Positions 7,564 through 16,926 of a stretch of DNA of 39,000 nt are shown here, piece after piece. This DNA is from Planctomycetota bacterium. Its GTDB lineage: Bacteria; Planctomycetota; GCA-002687715; DRQF01. Position 1 is the first letter of the stretch. Every line of letters starts with the position of its first letter. The DNA lies in NCBI GenBank assembly GCA_036479435.1, contig JAZGFI010000249.1, forward strand, positions 1 through 39,000, in the 5' to 3' direction. The position numbers and the translations under genes were made by a program. Under the pieces are notes generated by a model. The model ran no database searches, had not been told where the DNA came from, and was given only the letters and a program-made list of their open reading frames with translations.

Positions 7564-10134
7564 TTACCAAGCGCCGTCGAGGAAGACTCGCGCAGCCATC
7601 GGGGCTTGACCCCAAAGCGTCATGTTCCCCATGGCCTTTGATTCCGAGGTCGGGAACTGGTTCAACTTGAAGGCGATCGGAGAAAAAGTCGCTGGATCGG
7701 TCCAGTCAAAAGGACCTGGCGCACCGGCTGAGATTTGGGGATAGCGAGTTTTGGATTCCCACAAGTCTTCGGACACTTCCACGAGACTCCGCGCTCCGAG
7801 GGCCATTCCGGCATAAGCGAGGGCGTGCGATACGGTCCACACGTGATGGGAACTAAGAACTGCAACACCGGTCGTCGGCGACAAATCTCGCCAAACGAGC
7901 GCTGCGGTCTTCGCCGTCAAAGGCCCAGTAGGTCGTGACTCGATGACGTCGTTGACAAACCAGCTCGACATCCGAGTCATCGTGGTCAGAGCCGCTGAAT
8001 CGCCGAAGTTCAGGTAGTACTTGCCAAGCGCACCGAGCATGATTGCCTGCATCCAGCTCTGGGCGTGGGGGTCTGCGGCGAAGCCGTTGTTGGGAACATA
8101 TCCCAAGCTTCCAGCTTCGGCTTCTTGAAAATTCCATGCGTCGACCACGCCCACGGCCGACGCGAGAAAGCGGGTATCACCGAGAAAATTGTAGAGGTTC
8201 ACCAGAGCCTCAAGACTCCATCCGGGGATTCGCGCTCCCCACAATCCATCCCAGTTCTCTGGTCCGATTCTCAGGACGTACTCGCCGATCTCCCGCGAAG
8301 CCTCATAGCTCGCTTCATCGCCCGTGATGATGTAGTGAAGCAGGACTCCCCCCACCCAGGTGTGACTGAGCGTGGGCCCCCTAAAGTTGCCGTGGTGAAA
8401 GCCCTTTTCATAAGACTGCCCCCCGCGAAATACTGAAGCCGGATGGAGAGTATGAACCTGGTCGTAATCCCGGCGATGCAAAGCGCTGTCGCGGCCGATG
8501 TCGAAGAAGGAGTAGTCCCCCGTGCGGAAAAAGTTCAGCAGCATGCTGTAGGGCAGTCCGTAGTGCAGCGAGCTGTAGCCATCATCCCAAGTGATGTCGC
8601 CGTAGTTCTGCCAGCCGTACATCTGCTCGCCACCGTAGGTGCCACCTCGAGCCCGAAACGCGGGAAAGCCAACCGGCGGCACTGACCCGACCGCATCCGC
8701 GACATCGTCCCGGGCGAGGCATCCGCACAGGCGCTCAAAGCGTTGGTTCGAGATCTTGTCCCAGTCACGCTTGGCGACGACGAGTTCGCCGAAGGCCGCG
8801 ATCTTGCAATAGGACTCGGGGTCGGCGTGACCGATGAGTGGCGTTGCGACGCGAGCCGCCATGTCAACGAGTTCGCTCGGAGTAAACGCTGAACCCGAAC
8901 GAAAGTCGAGTTTCAAAAGGTGTGTTTTGTGACGCCCACCCTCGAATCGATAACAGCTATCGGCGAGAGGGTCGAGATTGGGCGATGAGAGGGTCGCCCA
9001 CTGTCCACCGAAGGAAGGCCCAGAGCCAAAATCCGGCCACAGCTCGATGTGCATGCCACCGCTGTCAACACTGAAGGCCTTCGGGTAGTTCTCCCAAAAA
9101 CGATCCACCGAGACCGCCATCGCCCGAGTGCCATCCCCAATCGCAAGCACGCCGTCGGCGCGGTTACCGTTCAGGATGACGTTGCCGTTGAAATGCGCTT
9201 CGTAGAAAAAGCCGCCGAGATGATTGAGGGATTGGGCGGGTGCTTGCCAGTCCTGCTTAAGCCGGAAAGAACTTCCACCAAGCGGCAAGGTGCCATCGGG
9301 ACCTTGCACGTACTGTGGTGCAGATACGAGCGGCATCGTGAGTTGAAGGGTGTCAAACCAAGCGTGCTCGGGATTTGGGCCAAGGCCCGCGACTTCACCG
9401 TAGTGACCGGGATTCTCCAGGCGAAAATCTACTTCGCAGTCGCTGCGGCCCGCAACGAATGTGGTGCGTACGGTAAAGGCAAGGCCGACGCTGGGAATCG
9501 TCCCGGTTTGGCGAATGACGGCTCTGAGGTGGCCGGCCTCTTGAACCAGACTCCGGGTCAATACGGCATTCGGCAACGCACCATTTTGGTCGACGACTCG
9601 CAATCCGCCAGGGCCTGCGACATGGACGCCGCCAATCTCAACGCGCTTAATCAACGAGAACTCTGTGGTGTCGATCACGAAGCGAGCCGCCCCGGTGTCA
9701 ATCACCAGGCGACCTGACAGCTCTTGGATGCCAATACCGGCCTGCTCTTCCGCCCCGTAACGAAGATAGTAGGTCCGTGATGCGAGAGGATCGATGTCGG
9801 CCCTAAAGGAAAACTGGACCCACTTCACCTGGGCGCTGGGATTAGATCTCAACCCGTACCAACGTGATAACACCTTGGCCTGCGAGGCAATCCGCGTGCC
9901 CTGGTCGTCTACGACACAGAGATCAAACTGAGGGTGAAAAATCGGAAGGCCTTCGGGAATGGCCACGCTCACCCGAGCGAGTTCTCCGGTCCGAACGACG
10001 TCGGCGTGGTTGTCGACGTGGAGCGGAAAGCCCCAAACTTGGGCGCGAAGCTCATGGTTCCCGACAAAGACTGAAGCCAAAATCAAAAAGGTGATATGGG
10101 CAAGGAATCTGGCGCGATTTCCCGCTGAGGACAT
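7564..10134 (-). CDS. Secreted YetA/PcRGLX-like (polysaccharide lyase family 26-like) protein
   Basis: Signal peptide; N-terminal ARVSVAIPEG...VLSRW...VKWVQFSF; central DRFWENYPKAF; C-terminal helical region with GWQNYGD, SHTWVGG and ARIPGW motifs. Confidence 0.55.
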   Translation of the reverse strand: MSSAGNRARFLAHITFLILASVFVGNHELRAQVWGFPLHVDNHADVVRTGELARVSVAIPEGLPIFHPQFDLCVVDDQGTRIASQAKVLSRWYGLRSNPSAQVKWVQFSFRADIDPLASRTYYLRYGAEEQAGIGIQELSGRLVIDTGAARFVIDTTEFSLIKRVEIGGVHVAGPGGLRVVDQNGALPNAVLTRSLVQEAGHLRAVIRQTGTIPSVGLAFTVRTTFVAGRSDCEVDFRLENPGHYGEVAGLGPNPEHAWFDTLQLTMPLVSAPQYVQGPDGTLPLGGSSFRLKQDWQAPAQSLNHLGGFFYEAHFNGNVILNGNRADGVLAIGDGTRAMAVSVDRFWENYPKAFSVDSGGMHIELWPDFGSGPSFGGQWATLSSPNLDPLADSCYRFEGGRHKTHLLKLDFRSGSAFTPSELVDMAARVATPLIGHADPESYCKIAAFGELVVAKRDWDKISNQRFERLCGCLARDDVADAVGSVPPVGFPAFRARGGTYGGEQMYGWQNYGDITWDDGYSSLHYGLPYSMLLNFFRTGDYSFFDIGRDSALHRRDYDQVHTLHPASVFRGGQSYEKGFHHGNFRGPTLSHTWVGGVLLHYIITGDEASYEASREIGEYVLRIGPENWDGLWGARIPGWSLEALVNLYNFLGDTRFLASAVGVVDAWNFQEAEAGSLGYVPNNGFAADPHAQSWMQAIMLGALGKYYLNFGDSAALTTMTRMSSWFVNDVIESRPTGPLTAKTAALVWRDLSPTTGVAVLSSHHVWTVSHALAYAGMALGARSLVEVSEDLWESKTRYPQISAGAPGPFDWTDPATFSPIAFKLNQFPTSESKAMGNMTLWGQAPMAARVFLDGAW

Positions 10135-10454
10135 ACTGTGATTTTCTCCGCGACGGCAGGTCGATGGACCTTGTTCGGCGGGAGCATGTATTTCCTCGAC
10201 ACCGCACGAAGAAAATACTCAGGCTAGACTGCTCCTCTACACGAGTCGCAACCGAGTCGAGCCGTCGGCCCCCAACCGTTGAACAAGACGCCCTTACCGC
10301 AGTCCCCGGGGAGGGACAGGGCATCAACAGGAAGCGCAGGAGTGATCCCTCTGCAATCCCATCGCGACATAGAAAATTGCGAAGTGCCGGTACAACTAAT
10401 CCAAAAACTTTTGGCGGTGCGCCCGAACTATGTGACCTAAATTTCTCATCCGGA

Positions 10455-11239
10455 TCACACAAGTTCAGGGGCCGATTGACAGCTAACCGGCCGAAAGAAC
10501 CGCTCGATAACCGCGGTACCGGCCGAGCTGCTGCGGCTATCCATCGACGCGGGCCAGGGACCGCCGTGCTGCATGGCCGCACAAAATTCGGCGCCAGTCG
10601 GGAATCCACCAAAGAGAATGCGTCCCGCGCGCTCTTCGAGGATCGGAGGCAATTCCAAAAGAAGGTCTTCGTCGCCCTCTCCCGACATCAACGTTGCCGT
10701 CAACTGCCCTTCAAGTCCCTCACAGATCGCGATGAGTTCGGCGCGATCAACCGCTTCCACACCAAGTACGCCCGGCCCAAAAATTTCTTCGGCGAGGCGT
10801 GAATCCTGAAGAAATCGATCCGCACTGACGGCGGTGCGAGAAGGACCAGGGGTTTGACGTGGACCTTCCTTGAGACCAGCACCTGCCGCCTCAAGTCGAT
10901 CCAAGGCGCGTGCATAACCGCTCGCAATTTTAGGGTGCAGGGCAATGCCGGGTTCCGCCCGATCCGCTAGGTTTCCGAGATGACCGAGGAAAGCGTCGTA
11001 GGATTCGGATCTCAGCCCGATGACGGGGCCGGGGTTCGCGCAGAACTGTCCAAAGCCAAAGATCAGCGAAGAAAAATACTCGGCCGCAATCTCTTGGGGT
11101 TTAACGCGAGAGACCCCGGCAAGAGCAGAAGTGAATTTTGGCTGCCGAGGTCGGAGAAAACGAGAATCGGGGCGAAATCATAGAGCGTCCGGCCGCCGAC
11201 TTGGGAACCCGTGAAGACGACCGCAGCAATCGAGGGCTC
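10455..11239 (-). pseudogene. 3' remnant of alpha-ketoglutaric semialdehyde dehydrogenase (ALDH family, lhpG-like)
   Basis: Reads EPSIAAVVFTGSQVGG...VFSDLGSQNSLLLLPGSL, frameshift near 11100, then SLIFGFGQFCANPG...EEIFGP...GRILFGGFPTG...HGGPWPA...IERFFRPV. The N-terminal part of the ALDH is absent. Confidence 0.85.
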
Positions 11240-11715
11240 GTTCCTTGGCTAAGGCGGCGATGCGATCCGGCTCTCAAAGTCCGTGTCATAGGCGACCGGG
11301 TTGTTGTAGAGCATGACCTCAAGCGAAGAACTGCGCATGATCTCAAGCATTTGCATTTCCATCTCGCGGTCGTCGCCTTGGTAGACCTAGGGCGGAAAGG
11401 CCATGAGGCCCCCACATCCCAAGGCCTCCGCTTCATTAGCCAAAACCACCGCCTCTTCTGTCGACAACGCGGCGATTCCCGGAATGATGGGGATCTTATT
11501 CTCAACGGCCTCAGTGAGAGTCGAGATGACGGAAAGCCTCTCTTCAAGCTGAAGAGTTACTCCCTCACCCAAAGACCCGAGTGAAACCAAGTCGTGCTGC
11601 CCGCCGCCACCAAGACCCGAGGGTGTACGGCCAAAAAGGCGTGGTCGACTTCACTATCTTCGGCAAAGGGAGTCGTGATGGCCGCTATCACGCCGTGTCA
11701 TTCAAAGTCCGTCGT
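11240..11715 (-). pseudogene. 5' remnant of a DapA-family pyrroline-4-hydroxy-2-carboxylate deaminase (lhpC-like)
   Basis: E*HGVIAAITTPF (TGA 11698-11700 at a usual Trp), frameshift near 11595, LGSLGEG...LMAFPP*VY (TAG 11387-11389 at a usual Tyr), MLYNNPVAYDTDF; ends before the catalytic Lys. Confidence 0.85.
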
Positions 11716-13090
11716 TGTGTCGATCTTTCTGTTTCGCCGTGGCAGCGGCGTAGACGCCGAACGAGGCCATCGAAATCGGAGCCAGCGGCAGCCTCGCTTG
11801 CTCTTCTGGCCAGCCGTACAAAAACTGCAATGCCGGGCCGCAAACTCGCGCCTGACAAGTGCCCATCCCCGCGCGAGTCGCCAGCTTGGCTTCGCGCACT
11901 GAAGTAAAACCGTCGAGCTCGCCCCGCGTGACGTCTTCGCAGCGGCAAATGAGCGTTCGCGGCTGCGACATCTCCTTCAATTCGTCGCGAAGCGCGAAAG
12001 TTGCTTCTAGTTGTTTCGCGAACTCACGTTCCTTATCTCGCTTCGCATGCAGTTTCGCGGCAGCGGCGATGCGGCCGACAGCCGCCAAGCCGGCGATTTC
12101 ACCTTCGACCAAAGCGCAGTCAAGTCCGCCGATACCGCAAGGTTCACCCGCAGCAAAAATTCCCGCCACCGATGTCTCTTGATTGTCGTCGACCTTCAGG
12201 GAACCGAGACGATCTTCACAACCTAAGTACCTCGCGAGTCGAATCTCCGGCACTAAGCCAAAGCCACAAGCCAGCAGGTCACAACTCAACGCCTGCCGGC
12301 CCGTCACCGTGCGCAACACCACCGACTCGAGCTTGTCTTGCCCCAAAGCTTTTAGGGGCCAAGCGTCGTAGACGCGCCGAATTTTAGCGAGGCTCCGCAT
12401 GTAGCCGAAAGCCTGAACTAACTTCGCCGGACGTTTCCAAAGGCCCACACCTAAGCGGCGAACGTGATGGGCTGAAACCTGCTCGACAATGGCCTGCACC
12501 GCGGCGCCGGCTTCTTGAAAAGCGGCGGCGACGGCGATCAACAGAGGCCCGGTCCCCGCCACGACGATACGCTTGCCCTTGATGTCGAAGCCATTATTGA
12601 CGAGTGCTTGCAAACCGCCCGTACCGAAGACGCCGGGACGAGTCCAGCCTTCGAAGGGCAAAAAGCGCTCTCGGGCCCCTGTAGCCAAAACCAATCGCTC
12701 GCAGCTAAGAACCATGGCTTCATCGCCACGACTCAAGAACAGGCGGTGACTTTGAGCGGCACCCAAAGATCGAGTTTGGCTAGCGCCAAGCATTTGATCG
12801 TGGGCGCCACCAAGCTCTTGGTCGTGGGCTCCGCCCACGACGGTCACGCCACAAAATATCTGCACGCCGAGTCGATCTAGCTCGCGGCGCCGTAGGTCAA
12901 CGATCTGGTTTTTTTTCGATGTCGCATCACAAATATCGCGGCGCCAAATTTGGCCGCCCGGGTGAGGATTTTCGTCGATCAGCGCCACGCTAAATCGCGC
13001 GACCGCCGCGGCGCGAGCCGCGGCCAAACCCGCCGGCCCCGCCCCTACGACCACCAGATCAAAGTGCTGGGCTCTCTTATCACTCACCAC
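11702..13090 (-). CDS. FAD/NAD(P)-dependent oxidoreductase with C-terminal BFD-like [2Fe-2S] domain; D-hydroxyproline dehydrogenase alpha subunit (LhpE/HcnB-like)
   Basis: GAGPAG, GGQIWR, LVLATGARERFLPFEGWT, ICRCEDV, RAGMGTCQARVCG; operon context. Confidence 0.85.
   Translation of the reverse strand: MVSDKRAQHFDLVVVGAGPAGLAAARAAAVARFSVALIDENPHPGGQIWRRDICDATSKKNQIVDLRRRELDRLGVQIFCGVTVVGGAHDQELGGAHDQMLGASQTRSLGAAQSHRLFLSRGDEAMVLSCERLVLATGARERFLPFEGWTRPGVFGTGGLQALVNNGFDIKGKRIVVAGTGPLLIAVAAAFQEAGAAVQAIVEQVSAHHVRRLGVGLWKRPAKLVQAFGYMRSLAKIRRVYDAWPLKALGQDKLESVVLRTVTGRQALSCDLLACGFGLVPEIRLARYLGCEDRLGSLKVDDNQETSVAGIFAAGEPCGIGGLDCALVEGEIAGLAAVGRIAAAAKLHAKRDKEREFAKQLEATFALRDELKEMSQPRTLICRCEDVTRGELDGFTSVREAKLATRAGMGTCQARVCGPALQFLYGWPEEQARLPLAPISMASFGVYAAATAKQKDRHNDGL
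12740..12835 (-). repeat. In-frame 24-bp tandem repeat (4 degenerate copies) inside the oxidoreductase
   Basis: Encodes GGAHDQEL GGAHDQML GASQTRSL GAAQSHRL. Confidence 0.8.
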
Positions 13091-13343
13091 CGGTGCGAAC
13101 CTCCAGGCCCGGACGGCAAAGCGTCATGCAGGCTCGAACGGTGCGAAAGTCATCGACGACGACTCGGCACTCGTGGCAAATCCCCACCCCGCAAAAGGGA
13201 GCGCGAGTTCCACCTTTCACGGCACGGCGAAATTGAAAATGGCCTTCGTTCAAAAGCAGAGTCGCCAGGGTCCAATCCGATCGCGCGGCAAAAGGACGGC
13301 CGTCGACGAAGACCTCAAACTCCCTTTCGACCCTACCTGACAT
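13080..13343 (-). CDS. [2Fe-2S]-binding subunit (LhpF/HcnA-like)
   Basis: RAPFCGVGICHECRV...RACMT motif. Confidence 0.88.
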   Translation of the reverse strand: MSGRVEREFEVFVDGRPFAARSDWTLATLLLNEGHFQFRRAVKGGTRAPFCGVGICHECRVVVDDFRTVRACMTLCRPGLEVRTGGE

Positions 13344-14481
13344 CCCGTAGTCCTTTGCTCTCGGCGAATCTTCCCGGCAAATAGGGGGACCCGTCGATGC
13401 GCGAACGCCGTTCCATCACCACGTTCGTAATCAACTCTGCGGTCGCGAGCGCCGTCGTAATGCCCAGGCCTTCGTGCCCCGCCGCCAAAAAAACACCCGG
13501 CGCGCTAAGAATGGGGCCAATGAGCGGTAAGCCATCAGGCGTCGCCGCGCGAATGCCAGTCCAAGCTCGGACGCAGTTCAGGTCGGCGATTCGCGGCATG
13601 AATTCCTGAGCTCGAGTCAACATTCGAGACAAGATCGGCAACTCGACTTCTCGCGAACTGACATCGAATTGACGCGAGCTCCCAATCAACATCTGACCCG
13701 TACGCCGCGGCTGGATGTTGAAGGCGACGGAAGTGTCCTCGTCTCCATGAGCTCTCTTCAAGTAGCCAAACTCCAAGACTTGCCGTCGGCAAAACCCCGG
13801 CACCCTGTCGGTGATGACCAGATGTCCTTTTCGCGGCCGCATGGCCAGGCCCAAATCAATACCGCGCAAGAGCTCAAGAGCGGCCATCCCCGCCGCGTTA
13901 ACCACCACTGGAGCTTTCAGAACCTCACCGTCTCGGGTCAGGACGCCGCCGTCCGCAATGGCTTCGACTTTTCGCCCCCGATGAAATTTGGCACCGATCT
14001 CAAGCGCCTTGTCCATCAGCCATCGCGCGGCCGCTGGAGGGTAAATACTGGCATCTTGAGGAACGAGCAGAGCGCCTCGAAAACCCTTGCGCAGGTTTGG
14101 TTCGTAGGCGGCAAGCTGAGCGGGTGCCACCATCTCGGCTTTGACATCTCGGTCGCGATAAAAATCGCGACGAGCTTCGGCCGCGGCGAGTTCATCCTCG
14201 TCGCGAGCCACCCAGAGGGTTCCGGAGGTGTCGACTTCGCAAGCGGCTGGCAAGTGCGGTAAAAATGTATCCCAGAGCACACGCGAGCGATGACATAGGG
14301 CGAACTGCGCCTCAGAATCATCCATCACGACTAGATGCCCCATGGCGGAAGCCGTGCTTTGGGTACCGACGGCTTCGGGATCAATGATGTCGACGGCAAG
14401 CCCCGCTCGCGCCAGCCACCACGCACAGGCCGAGCCGACAATGCCGGCCCCAACTACGATCACGTCCCGCAAGGAGCTCAA
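13333..14481 (-). CDS. FAD-dependent D-amino acid oxidase family; D-hydroxyproline dehydrogenase beta subunit (LhpB-like)
   Basis: GAGIVG, AMGHLVVMDD, PRKGHLVITDR, SVAFNIQPRRTGQMLIGSSRQ, AGHEGLGITTA. Likely TTG start at 14481 overlapping the upstream stop (TTGA). Confidence 0.88.
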   Translation of the reverse strand: MSSLRDVIVVGAGIVGSACAWWLARAGLAVDIIDPEAVGTQSTASAMGHLVVMDDSEAQFALCHRSRVLWDTFLPHLPAACEVDTSGTLWVARDEDELAAAEARRDFYRDRDVKAEMVAPAQLAAYEPNLRKGFRGALLVPQDASIYPPAAARWLMDKALEIGAKFHRGRKVEAIADGGVLTRDGEVLKAPVVVNAAGMAALELLRGIDLGLAMRPRKGHLVITDRVPGFCRRQVLEFGYLKRAHGDEDTSVAFNIQPRRTGQMLIGSSRQFDVSSREVELPILSRMLTRAQEFMPRIADLNCVRAWTGIRAATPDGLPLIGPILSAPGVFLAAGHEGLGITTALATAELITNVVMERRSRIDGSPYLPGRFAESKGLRDVR

Positions 14482-15440
14482 TCGAAAACGCCCCCGGCCC
14501 AAGTATCTTTGGGGTCGATCTGCAAACGACTCTCGGCGGTAATGAAGGCCCGACCGCGAATGGTCGGGATGACGCCCCGGGCCGTCATTTGAATGGTTCC
14601 CTCAAAGCGACTCCCGATGATGCTCTCTTGCCGCCAGACTTCCCCCGCTTGCAACTTGCCGTCAGCGGCGAGGCAGGCCAGCTTCGCCGAGGTCCCGGTG
14701 CCGCAGGGTGAGCGGTCGTAGGCGCCGCCGGGGCACATCACGAAGTTCTTCGAGTCAGCGTCAGCTCGCGTCGGCGGCCCAAAAAGTTCGATGTGATCGA
14801 TCTCATGACCGTCACCGCCCTGGATGCCCGCTCTAAGAAGACTGCGCCGAATATCCGCTGCAAATGCGGTCAGCTGTGGAACCCAATCGACGCTAAGTTT
14901 CAGGTCGTTGATATCCACGAGAAAAAACCAGTTGCCGCCCCAGGCGACGTCACCTTGGATGCGGCCATGGGTGTCTGTTTCAACGACAAGTTTCTCTTGT
15001 ATCCGAAAACTCTCGACGTTTTCGACGGCAATGCTGCCGTCGCGGCCGAGATCCATCGTCACTGTGCCCGCCGGCGTCTCAAGTTGGTATCGGCCATCAG
15101 CGATGATCCCGGCATGTCGGAGCGATGCTCCCAAACCCATCGTCCCGTGGACGCACATGCCGAGGTAAGCAACGTTGTTGAAAAAAACGACCTGACCGAT
15201 GCTGCCGCCGCCATGAACGCCATGGTCCAAAAAACCATCCGCCGGCATCCAAAGCCCGCCGACGACAGCCTCAAAACCGCGCGGCTCATTCACCACCAAA
15301 TGTCGAAAGCGATCGTGCGATTGGGCAAGGCGGTCCCTTTTTTCGGCGGCTGTGCCGCCACCGAGGTCGGGCCCCCCCGCCATAACGATACGCGTCGGCT
15401 CGCCTTCGGTATGAGAATCAAGGGTCTCGATGACTCTCAA
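14478..15440 (-). CDS. 4-hydroxyproline 2-epimerase (proline racemase family)
   Basis: DSHTEGEPTR, NEPRG, FFNNVAYLGMCVHG, GGNWFFLV, IDHIELFG, YDRSPCGTGTSAK; Cys/Cys catalytic pair. Confidence 0.9.
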   Translation of the reverse strand: MRVIETLDSHTEGEPTRIVMAGGPDLGGGTAAEKRDRLAQSHDRFRHLVVNEPRGFEAVVGGLWMPADGFLDHGVHGGGSIGQVVFFNNVAYLGMCVHGTMGLGASLRHAGIIADGRYQLETPAGTVTMDLGRDGSIAVENVESFRIQEKLVVETDTHGRIQGDVAWGGNWFFLVDINDLKLSVDWVPQLTAFAADIRRSLLRAGIQGGDGHEIDHIELFGPPTRADADSKNFVMCPGGAYDRSPCGTGTSAKLACLAADGKLQAGEVWRQESIIGSRFEGTIQMTARGVIPTIRGRAFITAESRLQIDPKDTWAGGVFD

Positions 15441-16003
15441 TGATGGACCCGCGTGGTGTCCGCCAACATGAAGAATTCGCAGGGCTCATCGCCGTCGTTG
15501 CGATATTCAGTCGTGGTTTGGGGACCGTAGGTGATCGTGTCACGGGGGCCGAGCACGTGTTCGGTGCCGCCGAGGAGCAGGGTTAACTGGCCGTGGATCA
15601 CGGTGGCGTGCTCGATGATGCCGTGGCGATTGGCGGCCATTTCGCCCGCCGACTTTTTGGGCGGAATGGTGTACCAAGCCAGCTCGATACCGGGGTGCAT
15701 CAACTCTGAGGTGATGCCGTGGCGCACCACGTCGGTTTCAGGGTCGACGAGGACGCGGCGGTCTTGGTGGCGTATGACGCGCACCACCGGCTCGAAGGAT
15801 TCTTCAATGAGGTCGGTCAGCGAGCACCCGAGCGCGCGCGCAATTTGATAGGCGAGGCGTACGGTGGGGTTCTTGACGCCTCGCTCCACCTCCGACAGCA
15901 TGGCGGTACTGACTCCGCTTAAAGAAGCCAGTTCTTCGAGCGTAATCCCCTGTTGGCGACGCCGGCGGCGAACGCTTCCCCCAATTTCTGCTTCTTGCGA
16001 CAT
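15437..16003 (-). CDS. XRE-family HTH regulator with C-terminal cupin domain
   Basis: ITLEELASLSGVSTAMLSEVERGVKNPT helix-turn-helix; cupin HGIIEHATVIHGQL...EYRN; first gene of the operon. Confidence 0.9.
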   Translation of the reverse strand: MSQEAEIGGSVRRRRRQQGITLEELASLSGVSTAMLSEVERGVKNPTVRLAYQIARALGCSLTDLIEESFEPVVRVIRHQDRRVLVDPETDVVRHGITSELMHPGIELAWYTIPPKKSAGEMAANRHGIIEHATVIHGQLTLLLGGTEHVLGPRDTITYGPQTTTEYRNDGDEPCEFFMLADTTRVHH

Positions 16004-16092
16004 GGCGTAATTTTCTACGCTATCGCTAAAAACTACAAGGGCGGCCTAAGTGACTGAAAAGAAACTACTTGAGGAGTCGCCTGACATCTCCT

Positions 16093-16839
16093 TTAGCGGG
16101 ATTTCTTTTCGCTAGGCTTTTCGGACGCGGCTTTTGCGCGCTCTCTTTCCATGGCAAGGCGGTATCGACGCCACTCTCCCGCGCGCTCCGTTCCGGCTTC
16201 AGCATCGAGTTCCGTCAACAACTTGGCCATGATTGAGACGCCCGAAGAAAACCCCACGATGACGACGGCATTCGACTGCGGCACCGCTGAGACAAGACTC
16301 GAGCGATGGTCTTGAACGAGATGCCGCAACGCGCGTTCAGCATTCTCACAGGGAAGGTTCGTAAGTGGCATGAGTACCGATACGACTTCTGCGGGCCGGT
16401 CATAGTTTTTTAGCTCCGCCAGGGAGATGTACGCCGCATTGGACTTCAACGTATTCGCAGTACTGACGTCCTCTATCGTCACCATTCGCAAATGCTTGGG
16501 GCCGTTGTGGACAATCGCCATCTCGTTCATCTTGAAGAACGTCTGAAACACCGACTCGGCGTCAACTCGCTTGAACTTCATCTTGCCGACACCATTGAGC
16601 GTGCGGTTTTGGAAGAGCCGCGCGTTGTAGATCACGTTTTGGTCCGTCATCCTCGCGTACAGTTCGATGAACTCTTTGAAGTGAATTCCCTCAGAGAGAT
16701 CGAGGCTAAAAAGCGCTTCGTCCTGGTCTTGTTTTTGGTCCTGAGTCGAGCCGAAGGCCTGGTGGCTGGTCTCGATAGAAGCGGGCCCCACAACACACAG
16801 GGCCGCGATGAGGGCAGTAATAAGAGACTTGGAAATCAT
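16093..16839 (-). CDS. Secreted protein made of secretin (GspD) N0/N1-like domains only
   Basis: ATG 16839 after GGAG; signal-like N-terminus; FKEFIELYARMTDQNVIY (N0-like) and VSVLMPLTNL...VSAVPQSNAVVIVG...LLTELD (N1-like); no barrel domain. Confidence 0.65.
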   Translation of the reverse strand: MISKSLITALIAALCVVGPASIETSHQAFGSTQDQKQDQDEALFSLDLSEGIHFKEFIELYARMTDQNVIYNARLFQNRTLNGVGKMKFKRVDAESVFQTFFKMNEMAIVHNGPKHLRMVTIEDVSTANTLKSNAAYISLAELKNYDRPAEVVSVLMPLTNLPCENAERALRHLVQDHRSSLVSAVPQSNAVVIVGFSSGVSIMAKLLTELDAEAGTERAGEWRRYRLAMERERAKAASEKPSEKKSR

Positions 16840-16926
16840 GGGTTTTCTCCACCTTAAGTGTGTCCTTACGTCTTGTAGACGAAGACCCCTATCCGGGATT
16901 CCCAAAGGCTCGAAATTTTTGGAACG

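Noticed and set aside
10052..10802. 186-aa and 212-aa ORFs over the ALDH remnant and the upstream region of the PL26-like gene
   Set aside because: Alternative frames across a pseudogene and intergenic DNA, with non-protein-like composition.
11698..11700. In-frame TGA in the DapA-like gene as Sec or Trp recoding
   Set aside because: It aligns to a usual Trp, the gene also has frameshifts and an amber stop, and TGA terminates many intact genes in this window.
11702..14481. Hydrogen cyanide synthase hcnABC or opine oxidase
   Set aside because: Homologous architecture, but the adjacent hydroxyproline epimerase and deaminase/KGSA dehydrogenase remnants point to D-hydroxyproline dehydrogenase.
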